From a virus (lineage: Duplodnaviria; Caudoviricetes): DNA of 64,000 nt. Positions 38,588 to 46,354 of this stretch are shown here, piece by piece (the stretch's first letter is position 1; each line of letters starts with the position of its first letter). The stretch covers positions 1-64,000 of the IMG/VR virus record IMGVR_UViG_2919425241_000002; one strand, written 5' to 3'. A program made the translations under genes and the position numbers. Below the pieces are notes generated by a model, which saw nothing but the letters and a program-made list of their open reading frames with translations, was not told the DNA's origin and ran no database searches.

Positions 38588-38625
38588 ACGTATTATCAAG
38601 TCATAACAAATAAAAAGAGGCTAGC
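38570..38625. other. Putative att junction of the serine-recombinase element inside gerE
   Basis: gerE similarity ends at AATGTAA (~38588), 38 nt from the recombinase stop codon. Confidence 0.7.
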
Positions 38626-40218
38626 TTATAGCTGCCCCAATACAGTATATACATCCGCTTCGCCTTCTTCAGATATCTCAATACGATCAATAAGCTTGGA
38701 TAAGGTGATCCTGGTAAACTCTACATCATCATAAGTACCCCGAGCTGTAATCTGACTAAGCGCCGCTTTAATGTCTTTATGAAGTTTATCCTTATCTTTT
38801 CGCTGAGCATTCTTGGCCCGGATACTACCAAGCTTCTGTTCAGCATCAGCAATTTCTAATTCATATTGCTGTTTCTCAAATTCATACTGGTTGTCATTCA
38901 TCTCTTGGAGCATATGCTGCTTCCTGATTCCAAAAAGAAGCATCCGATTATCTGCGATCGTCTTTTCCAGTCGTTTGATATCCTTCTCGAAATCATTAAC
39001 TGAGTTTCCGTATTCGGATGTATCAGTTATACCACCTGCGAAAGAACCGAAGTTCACCGCTCTGTTCATCCGCTCGACTACCCCATTAATAAGCTCGTCT
39101 CTAAACTCTTCATAAGGAACCCAAGATTTATTTACACAACCACTAGCACCTTGCCGGCGTCTTTTGCTGCATACCAGATAAGTATACTTCCTAGCTCCCG
39201 GTCTCGGGGATCCGGACATTGCTACGATTGCCGATCCGCAGCACTTACAGAAGATCATCTTAGCGAATGCATTAACAAATTTGCGCTGCCCTCCCCGAGC
39301 TCCGCCTCCACGAACCAAGCGTATACGTTGTGCTTCTTGGAAAGCCTCTGCTGGGATTATTGCTTCATGTGTTTGAAAGTCTGTCTTCTCCCATTTACTT
39401 TTATCGCGTAAGCTAAGGACTTTTCTTCTGTTCTGCAAATCATTAATGTCATCATAGACTTGTCTGGTTTCTAGCTTCGAGAACGTGACATAACCGGTGT
39501 ATGTTTCATTCTGTAAAATACGTTGAACTGAGCTTATTCCCCATGTGCCAGTTTTAGGGCTAGGCATGATCTCATTAATTGGGTCATTCAAAAACCCAAC
39601 AATCAACTTTTCACCCATACCTTTATTGATGTATAGATCGAAAATCAGCCTAACCACTTCAGCATGCTCAGGAACTACTTCCAGTGACTTCCTGCCTTCG
39701 GCTGTAACAATTTTCTTATAACCAAACGGTGCAATAGATCCAGTGAAGTTCCCAGACTTTGCAGACTGTCTCTTGCCACGCTTAGACGACGTGCTGATGT
39801 TCTCTGATTGCTTTTGGTTAACTGAAGAGATGATGCTGAAGATCATTTCATTGTCTTCTTTACCTGAGTCATACATGTCCTCAATTGAGATAACACGAAC
39901 ACCTAGAGCATTGACCAACATCCGTTTTAGTGAAAGAGCATCGAGAGTGTCACGGCTAAACCTGGACAGAGATGCAAAGTAAATTGTTTTGTACAATCCC
40001 TTCTTTGCATCCTCAATTAATTTGCGGACATCTTCCCTCTCAATAATGTTTGTACCGGTATCACGATCAAGGTAAACATGTTCAATCTCTACATTGTCGG
40101 ATGCCGCGTTTTCGCGGATCAATCCCTCTTGATGCTCAGGGCTATCTTTTTGGCTATCTTTAAGCGTAGAGACGCGGACATAAGCCCGCGCCTTCTCTTT
40201 GGTCAGTTTTTGTTGCAA
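38626..40218 (-). CDS. Large serine recombinase (integrase; SpoIVCA/SprA/GirC class)
   Basis: YVRVST, SLSRFSRD, APFGY, recombinase domain, Zn ribbon CKCCG...YLVC...C, coiled coil. Confidence 0.95.
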   Translation of the reverse strand: MQQKLTKEKARAYVRVSTLKDSQKDSPEHQEGLIRENAASDNVEIEHVYLDRDTGTNIIEREDVRKLIEDAKKGLYKTIYFASLSRFSRDTLDALSLKRMLVNALGVRVISIEDMYDSGKEDNEMIFSIISSVNQKQSENISTSSKRGKRQSAKSGNFTGSIAPFGYKKIVTAEGRKSLEVVPEHAEVVRLIFDLYINKGMGEKLIVGFLNDPINEIMPSPKTGTWGISSVQRILQNETYTGYVTFSKLETRQVYDDINDLQNRRKVLSLRDKSKWEKTDFQTHEAIIPAEAFQEAQRIRLVRGGGARGGQRKFVNAFAKMIFCKCCGSAIVAMSGSPRPGARKYTYLVCSKRRRQGASGCVNKSWVPYEEFRDELINGVVERMNRAVNFGSFAGGITDTSEYGNSVNDFEKDIKRLEKTIADNRMLLFGIRKQHMLQEMNDNQYEFEKQQYELEIADAEQKLGSIRAKNAQRKDKDKLHKDIKAALSQITARGTYDDVEFTRITLSKLIDRIEISEEGEADVYTVLGQL

Positions 40219-40224
40219 AATATA

Positions 40225-40416
40225 TCACACCTTTGCGTGGTTACGAATTATTTCATTGAGTCCTATTGTAAGCTTTGCGCCGTGTTTTGTTAATACAGAA
40301 CTAACATTCGTATTTACGGCCGAAGCAATAGCTTCCAAGACATCGCCTTCTACAGGAATGAAATTGATCTTTATCTTTTTCACCTGCTTGCCTTCACGTT
40401 TCCCCATAAGCATCAC
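40225..40416 (-). CDS. Small protein directly upstream of the recombinase; candidate recombination directionality factor
   Basis: Position and size only. Confidence 0.4.
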   Translation of the reverse strand: MMLMGKREGKQVKKIKINFIPVEGDVLEAIASAVNTNVSSVLTKHGAKLTIGLNEIIRNHAKV

Positions 40417-40434
40417 CCATATTATTCTATGTCG

Positions 40435-41031
40435 TTAAGGCTGTACATCTTTCTCGCTTTCCTTCTTCTCCCGCTGCTTCTTATCAGGCTCTGATTCCTT
40501 ATAAACCTCGATATCCAGCGCCAGAGCTATCTTGTAGAAGGCTTTGTTTCGGATCTTCCTATAAAACGTCGCTCCGATCGGCGGATTAAAAACATGGTTG
40601 TATACGTTATAATCTGTGATGTATTCAGCATCATCCGAGAGGTAACGACTTTCCATTAACAGCCGTTCCATCCGCGGCAGCCTCTTAACTGCGGCTTCCA
40701 ACCTCTCGCAATGCTTTTTCCTTCTGGCTGGCTCATCAACATTGAAAATTGCTATGTTAGCGGTCTGATCACTGGTGACGTTTGTCGGTGAGCTCCTCGG
40801 CATATCAGAGTATGCAGCCGTGATTGTTGCTTCCCTTGACTCAAAATCCATGTGTTTGAACATGCGATATTCAGCTAAATATCTCTCAACAGCCTCTTTT
40901 GTTAAATCCCGATCGATCTCCTTTAAGAAATCGTCACCTAAGCTTAATTGAGCCAAACAATCCAACTCCTTTTTACTGGAGCTATTCTCCGTTACATTTT
41001 TCTTCATTTCCGGCATTTTGCGTTGCATCAA
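40435..41031 (-). CDS. ArpU-family late transcriptional activator
   Basis: TKEAVERYL..YR, ITAAY, SDQTANIA, AVKRLP..ER.L...RYL, KAFYKIALAL. Confidence 0.9.
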   Translation of the reverse strand: MMQRKMPEMKKNVTENSSSKKELDCLAQLSLGDDFLKEIDRDLTKEAVERYLAEYRMFKHMDFESREATITAAYSDMPRSSPTNVTSDQTANIAIFNVDEPARRKKHCERLEAAVKRLPRMERLLMESRYLSDDAEYITDYNVYNHVFNPPIGATFYRKIRNKAFYKIALALDIEVYKESEPDKKQREKKESEKDVQP

Positions 41032-41095
41032 GGACGGACTACTGCTTGGTTTGTTTAATCACCTATCTGTGATAATATTTTTGTGGGTGATTAAA

Positions 41096-41299
41096 ATGGA
41101 TAAGAACCAAACTACTGATCGTGAATTAAATAAATTCGTCCATGAACAATTGCAAATCCTCTGTGACTTAGGAATGAGCAAATACATTGATGCTGAAGAT
41201 AAAAAATCATATGAAGCTGGTCTTGGTCTAGGACAAATGATTGGAACATTTTTGATTTTGTATGAACTGAAGAAGAAGTACGGCATTGATTACGAGTGA
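41096..41299 (+). CDS. Hypothetical cassette protein (MDKNQTT...)
   Basis: GGGTGA SD; opposite strand to the phage operon. Confidence 0.55.
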   Translation: MDKNQTTDRELNKFVHEQLQILCDLGMSKYIDAEDKKSYEAGLGLGQMIGTFLILYELKKKYGIDYE

Positions 41300-41346
41300 A
41301 CATTTTAAAGGATAGGTCTTCTGCCTTTAACACCATACCAATAAAC

Positions 41347-41420
41347 GGAATATAATATTGCTGTAAGACTCCACCCCTTAGTCATTTAGCCGTTCCTGCC
41401 GGCTAGATGACTCTTTTTTA
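41347..41420 (+). ncRNA. Candidate small RNA 1 (C-rich motif + hairpin/terminator)
   Basis: -10-like GGAATATAAT, CTCCACCCCTT, stem AGTCATTTAGCC/GGCTAGATGACT, T-run; paralogue at 42205. Confidence 0.45.
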
Positions 41421-41604
41421 TATCTTTAAAATGTAACGTATGTCATAATCAAATTGGGCCTGAGGAAATATTGCTTTGGGCTTTTAACTAATTCAATATT
41501 CAAGTAGTGCCATCAATCATTAATTGTTTATCTTCAAGTCTGCGATACAATATTCATTAATTTCCAGCACTCCGGGCAGAATAGCCTTGGGGGTGAGCAT
41601 TACC

Positions 41605-41697
41605 GTGAAATGTGTCTACTGCGAAAATATCCAACAAATCAAAGGTACGAAGTATAAGTGTTACACTTGCTCTATAATTAACAATCGTAAGAGATAA
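41605..41697 (+). CDS. 30-aa CxxC/CxxC zinc-finger micropeptide MKCVYCENIQQIKGTKYKCYTCSIINNRKR
   Basis: GGGGGTGA SD, GTG start, terminator AAGTGCC-TTCG-GGCACTT-T run right at the stop. Confidence 0.65.
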   Translation: MKCVYCENIQQIKGTKYKCYTCSIINNRKR

Positions 41698-41836
41698 GTG
41701 CCTTCGGGCACTTTTTTAAGTTCTTCAATATTCAAAACTTGTTCGTCAGACTTGAGCCCTTAAGGTAATTTCCAATATTTAGAATCATACACTGACTATA
41801 AAAAGAAACCTCACTTCGAATTAGGTTGGTGTCACT

Positions 41837-42088
41837 ATGAAGTACCGTTTATGCGAACTACCTGAGTTGTTGGAAATCCCCAGAACTACTATCAGAAATT
41901 GGTTAACTGTTTACCATGAATTCATACCCACTGTCCAACAAGGGAAATCCACCTTTTATGCTAATGATGCTGTGTCTGTCTTAAGAAGGATTAGTTTTCT
42001 TCGAGAGCATTTATACTCACATTCAACTATCAAGGAAATCTTACTGGAAGAAGGATATGAAACTGTAGATGAATCTTCCGTTATTTGA
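41837..42088 (+). CDS. MerR-type HTH protein
   Basis: ELPELLEIPRTTIRNW...FIP....GK...Y....V..LRRI. Confidence 0.75.
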   Translation: MKYRLCELPELLEIPRTTIRNWLTVYHEFIPTVQQGKSTFYANDAVSVLRRISFLREHLYSHSTIKEILLEEGYETVDESSVI

Positions 42089-42204
42089 ATTTGTGTTTCA
42101 CACTGCAATTTTTAAGTCCCTCAATATTCAAATTTTCCCTTATGCTCCGGACGCTACTGTTGGGGTAAGATAGGCATTATACTCATAGCACTTTACCACT
42201 TTCT

Positions 42205-42290
42205 GGAATATGTTATTGATGTAGGGCCACATTATCTCATCCCCTTTTGGTTATTGAGCCATCCCCTTGCCGGTGGGGGTGGCTCTTTCC
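42205..42290 (+). ncRNA. Candidate small RNA 2 (paralogue of 41347-41420)
   Basis: GGAATATGTTATTG, CTCATCCCCTT, stem GAGCCATCCCC/GGGGGTGGCTC. Confidence 0.45.
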
Positions 42291-42427
42291 AATGTTCCTT
42301 AATATTCATTGAATTACTTGCCTTACTCTGAAGACCTTTCTAATTTCTAATCAATTTCTAATGAATAACTTACCGGGGTTTTATCATATAGGGTCTGTTG
42401 CTTGGATATAAATTGAGTAGAAAGGAG

Positions 42428-42610
42428 ATGGTGACAATCCCTAATTCGATTCATCATATGGCATCTAAGCAAGACCTTATTGATATCATGCAGACATGTG
42501 CAGACCAACAACAATGGAGAGCTGCATTAAAGTTATTCGAACTGTTACAAAAGATGGAGAAGGATAATAAAAACGCTGTTCTAATAGAGATCAGATCCGC
42601 ACCACCGTAG
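42428..42610 (+). CDS. Hypothetical cassette protein behind a sigG-like promoter
   Basis: AAAGGAG SD; GAATA-N17-CATATAG at 42363-42391. Confidence 0.5.
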   Translation: MVTIPNSIHHMASKQDLIDIMQTCADQQQWRAALKLFELLQKMEKDNKNAVLIEIRSAPP

Positions 42611-42637
42611 CCGTAGCACTTATATTTGTTTATTTAA

Positions 42638-43093
42638 TTATGTGACAACAGCCGCTTCGCCATTAATCTCTTTTTGCTTTAATCCCAGCTTATGCATCAC
42701 ATAGGTTAACTCAAGCTTATTTACGCCAAGTTTTTTAGCTAATTGCGTTCGACTCATTGTCGTATAGTTCTTTCTCAGAAACTGCAGCTTATCTTCACTT
42801 AACGAGAACTTAACCATCCCATTTAGTGTTTCATCTGGTTCGGTAAGCAAGGATACTACTGGAGGTTTCGGCTCTCTTTTCTCGACAATCTCATAAGATT
42901 GATCTGAGCAAAAGTACACAAAATTTCTCTTAGTTCCCTCACGCGTTATTAAACCAAGCTCGCGCATCTTTTTAATTCGGCTATGAGTTTTAGTTCCTTT
43001 GGGATCGTTGAATTCCTTAGTGATTTGCGCAACTGACTTCCCAGCCTTTAAACCTTCGAACACGACGGCTTCAGCAGCTAGTAGTTGTATCAT
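42638..43093 (-). CDS. HTH DNA-binding protein
   Basis: wHTH-like N-terminus; SRTQLAKKLGV. Confidence 0.6.
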   Translation of the reverse strand: MIQLLAAEAVVFEGLKAGKSVAQITKEFNDPKGTKTHSRIKKMRELGLITREGTKRNFVYFCSDQSYEIVEKREPKPPVVSLLTEPDETLNGMVKFSLSEDKLQFLRKNYTTMSRTQLAKKLGVNKLELTYVMHKLGLKQKEINGEAAVVT

Positions 43094-43624
43094 TCAATCG
43101 CCTCCTTGGAAGCTCTTAGTCGGGTTTGATTGTCGGTATATCTCAACCCTAATCTTTTCTTCTGGAGCATAGGCATCGGTCCAGCCAACAGGCTTTTTGA
43201 TTTTCCCTTGTTCATCTCGCTCAACCTTTCCATCCGGACCAACCTTACCCATATTCGCAGCATGCACAATGTCAAAGATAGGCTCAGGCTTAACACCCAT
43301 TAGCGTGTATGTTCCAATTGCAAAGTAAATCAAGTCCGCCAAAGCATCCACTTGATCTTCAATTGTCTTAGCTCGCATAAACTCGGTGAGTTCTTCAAGC
43401 ATGTATGATGCTCGGTCAAGGACTGGGAACGTTGCAGGGAAAGGACTATTCTCTGCATTAGTCCATGTTTTCGAAAACTTCTTCATGGATTTACACAGAT
43501 CATCCATACGATTACCAAATAAAATGCTTGTTTCAACTTCTCGCCCCAACATCGTCGGTGTAGCCGGCATTTCAATTCCACATGCTGTGTGGAACTGCTT
43601 AACTTGTTCATATTGCTTATCCAT
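43094..43624 (-). CDS. MazG-like/PRA-PH nucleotide pyrophosphohydrolase
   Basis: VKQFH, EELTEF, VDALADLIYF, VHAANMGK, GKIKKP.GW. Confidence 0.88.
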   Translation of the reverse strand: MDKQYEQVKQFHTACGIEMPATPTMLGREVETSILFGNRMDDLCKSMKKFSKTWTNAENSPFPATFPVLDRASYMLEELTEFMRAKTIEDQVDALADLIYFAIGTYTLMGVKPEPIFDIVHAANMGKVGPDGKVERDEQGKIKKPVGWTDAYAPEEKIRVEIYRQSNPTKSFQGGD

Positions 43625-43635
43625 CGTTCACTCTC

Positions 43636-43845
43636 CTATTCTGTTCTCTGGCTCCATAGCAGCCGAGCTACCATGCCGATCTTGTCAATATCGTGTACTG
43701 CTTGCCAGCCGCGTCCATCGATCCAGTAATCAACCTCGGCCCATTTCTTGCCTTTGTGGTTCCACCTGAAGTTTGTTGCTCGATATGTCTTCCCGTGAAT
43801 CACGATTTGAGGGAGTAGATATATTTCGACTCGCTCTTTTTTCAT
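43636..43845 (-). CDS. Hypothetical protein
   Basis: ORF tightly packed in the operon. Confidence 0.5.
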   Translation of the reverse strand: MKKERVEIYLLPQIVIHGKTYRATNFRWNHKGKKWAEVDYWIDGRGWQAVHDIDKIGMVARLLWSQRTE

Positions 43846-43848
43846 GGG

Positions 43849-44100
43849 CTAGGACTCCACTGATACGAATTCAACAGCACTTAAACGTTCTGCAATTCTA
43901 ATCATTTGTGAATGATGACCAAGACTTTCGTAAAATCCTCTGCAGCAAGTTTCCTTACCTGCAATAGTCGCTTTATGACACACAAAGTAAGTTTGTTCTT
44001 TACATATTTCTTTGAGTAAGTTGTCCCTGCGCTTATCTGAAACTATTTTGTTTGGGCTGAACAAGCATTGGTTGCAGCATTTATCCGATACCTGAAACAT
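43849..44100 (-). CDS. Small Cys/His zinc-binding protein
   Basis: CNQCLF, FVCHK, CRGF; GGGAGG SD. Confidence 0.65.
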   Translation of the reverse strand: MFQVSDKCCNQCLFSPNKIVSDKRRDNLLKEICKEQTYFVCHKATIAGKETCCRGFYESLGHHSQMIRIAERLSAVEFVSVES

Positions 44101-44157
44101 GTTTGCGTCCTCCCTTGCCTTAATCGGTAGCCCCCGACTAGCAGGGGCATTGAAAGA

Positions 44158-44613
44158 TTACTCTTCGTCCAAGAACGTTAACGGGGCATCTTGATCCTCT
44201 TCCTCATCGGGATCCGGAGTAAAAGGAAGGTCGTCCTCAGACACCTCACTGTCCTCTTCTGGTAGATCTGGTTCCTCGTGGGCCTCATCTGATTCTAATT
44301 GCTCATTAACTTCTTCTGTTTGTTCCTCAACATCGGATGATCCTTTCGTTTCCACATCGTCAATCGCCAGTTGATTTTCATCTTCCTTAACTGACTCAAC
44401 AGCGCCGGAATTCGTAACAACCTGCAGTCCGCGTCGTGGTTCCAAGTAATCCCGGACTTCCATTTGGGAAATTCCAAGGGCCAGGTAAAACTCATCGCGC
44501 TGCTTCAGTTCGTTCAAATCATCGAGGCTCACGCTTGACGGTAGGCTCAAGACGATTTCTACACCTTTACCACTTGTAATTTTCTTAATAGAAGCTGTTG
44601 TTTTGATTGTCAT
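44158..44613 (-). CDS. Hypothetical protein with very acidic C-terminus
   Basis: D/E-rich tail including DDLPF (SSB-like tail motif). Confidence 0.6.
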   Translation of the reverse strand: MTIKTTASIKKITSGKGVEIVLSLPSSVSLDDLNELKQRDEFYLALGISQMEVRDYLEPRRGLQVVTNSGAVESVKEDENQLAIDDVETKGSSDVEEQTEEVNEQLESDEAHEEPDLPEEDSEVSEDDLPFTPDPDEEEDQDAPLTFLDEE

Positions 44614-44635
44614 ATTGAATCACTCATCCTTTGGT

Positions 44636-45193
44636 TTATTTTTTATTTAAAACTGCTTCAACGACTTCAAGTTGATAAGGCATACGATCTATTTCTGGAA
44701 GCAAATTACGTGAACGATGAACATTCACAGCGATGCGAGCAATGATGTAAGCGTCAATGACGTTATCACTCTTGTGTGTGTATCCGAAGTGTTCCAGTAC
44801 AGCTTGCTTCACGGCAGCTTTCTTCTCGGCATCCTTGAGCCTGCGATTCTTTCCGCCCTCTTTAACCCAACCGGTGACACCGACATATTTTTTTGTTTGC
44901 ATCGGGTTAACGTCGTCAAAATCCAAGCGAGCCCTATGAATCATCGACCGGAGGCCTCCGTGAATCATCCCTGTTGTAATAGCCATTTGAGTGCTTACCG
45001 ATGCTGATTCTATGACCACTTCGTCCTCTTTCTGAAGACGTTTGAAGAGCATATCTTCAAGGGAAACCAGCTGCGGGATACTCATTGCACCTGTTCCCTT
45101 ACCTCTTAATTCTTCTTCTACGAGGACGTTCATGCACTCATCTAAAACGACAAATCCAGTTCGCGTAGCAGGATCAATTCCTACAAACCTCAA
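44636..45193 (-). CDS. RuvC-like Holliday junction resolvase
   Basis: FVGIDPATRTG, VVIE, P.QTKKYV, SDNVIDAY. Confidence 0.85.
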   Translation of the reverse strand: MRFVGIDPATRTGFVVLDECMNVLVEEELRGKGTGAMSIPQLVSLEDMLFKRLQKEDEVVIESASVSTQMAITTGMIHGGLRSMIHRARLDFDDVNPMQTKKYVGVTGWVKEGGKNRRLKDAEKKAAVKQAVLEHFGYTHKSDNVIDAYIIARIAVNVHRSRNLLPEIDRMPYQLEVVEAVLNKK

Positions 45194-45207
45194 CTCTTCT
45201 CATCCTT

Positions 45208-45444
45208 TCACTGCCGCTTTACTAACTTCGAATATGCTTCCCTTGCCTCTCGAACCAAAGGTTCTATCTGCAAATAATGCTGCCGGTGTTGATAGCTGAA
45301 TTTATTAGCGTAGTAGTTCATCGTTTCATGCCGGATTGTTAAATGATGCCCCGGGCACAAAGGGACAAAAGCCCACATTGCTCTTGCGACTGCTTTACAG
45401 TCCGGATACTTACATAGTGTTGGTGTTCTGAACATCGCTGTCAT
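45208..45444 (-). CDS. Small zinc-finger protein
   Basis: CKYPDC...LCPGHH. Confidence 0.6.
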   Translation of the reverse strand: MTAMFRTPTLCKYPDCKAVARAMWAFVPLCPGHHLTIRHETMNYYANKFSYQHRQHYLQIEPLVREAREAYSKLVKRQ

Positions 45445-45608
45445 GCTCGCTTCCTCCTTATCTTGGCTTGTTGAACTATGCTGTGAGCACTCTCACGCTT
45501 CCGTCGTTTTATCTCTTCAAGGGCAGCCAGCTTATGTTCCAAGCTGCATCCTTGGTCATTGAATGCAATTTCTGCGAGTTGATAATTCTTTGCTTCCCGC
45601 CACTTCAT
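45441..45608 (-). CDS. 55-aa protein absent from the ORF track (MKWREAKNYQLAEIA...)
   Basis: ATGA overlaps with both neighbours. Confidence 0.6.
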   Translation of the reverse strand: MKWREAKNYQLAEIAFNDQGCSLEHKLAALEEIKRRKRESAHSIVQQAKIRRKRA

Positions 45609-46354
45609 TGCGTCGTCACCGCCTTGCGTTCGGCAATCTCATCATCCGTAAGTCCCGAGTATGCGTAGTGGCAAGCCTCGATCGCTTCATATGGAGGAAT
45701 CGCCAGCTTATCCATGGCACTCTTCACCGGACATCCACCGTTCTTCTCTGGTGATCCATCACACTCTTTGCAAGCAAATTGCAGAGTGGCAAGAGCCATG
45801 TTGAGAACGATATCCGTTTCTTCTTTGACCGTTTCATTTCGCATCTCTGCATCTAGCGCTGCATTCTTCCTGACAATTTCCCGAGCCTCACGTTTATGCA
45901 TTAAGCCAAACTTATAAACTTGGCTCTCACGGTACAACGTTGCAGTTGTTTTCTGGTCCTTTTCTTTAACCCACTCATTAACAGCGTATGAGATCCACTC
46001 TTTTGCTTGTTCAATCGCATAGTTGGACATCTGGGGCATTGTTGGAATCTTGGACATTGCGGCCGGCAGTTCATTCGCTAAGGCGAGAAGAACGATGAAG
46101 GCGTCTCGCTCAGCGCTGTTCATGTAAGGCTTCACCTTATGCTGAGCCAATTCAAACGTCTCTGTCTCCTCTACTAGCACCGTGTAATGGGCTCCGCAGA
46201 GTGAGTTTCCTGTTTTAGGATCAGAGAAGCTGCAGGCGAACTCCAGAGTTTTACGACGTTGTATAACCGGAATTTTGAGTATATTAGGATAAGAGCATTT
46301 CGGGCATTTGGAGCGATAATGGGTATGTTTTGCTGTAGGAGTTTGTTGTTCCAC
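45605..46354 (-). CDS. Zn-ribbon + DUF5651-like protein
   Basis: CPKC...C...CG N-terminus; PYMNSAER; C-terminal CKEC...CP...CHY. Confidence 0.6.
   Translation of the reverse strand: MEQQTPTAKHTHYRSKCPKCSYPNILKIPVIQRRKTLEFACSFSDPKTGNSLCGAHYTVLVEETETFELAQHKVKPYMNSAERDAFIVLLALANELPAAMSKIPTMPQMSNYAIEQAKEWISYAVNEWVKEKDQKTTATLYRESQVYKFGLMHKREAREIVRKNAALDAEMRNETVKEETDIVLNMALATLQFACKECDGSPEKNGGCPVKSAMDKLAIPPYEAIEACHYAYSGLTDDEIAERKAVTTQ

Noticed and set aside
38441-38734. 97-aa ORF as an intact LuxR-family regulator
   Set aside because: Only the first 49 codons are GerE; the rest is att sequence and antisense read-through into the recombinase gene
41493-42309. TCAATATTCAA repeats as CRISPR
   Set aside because: Repeats are too short and the 180-400 bp intervals carry genes
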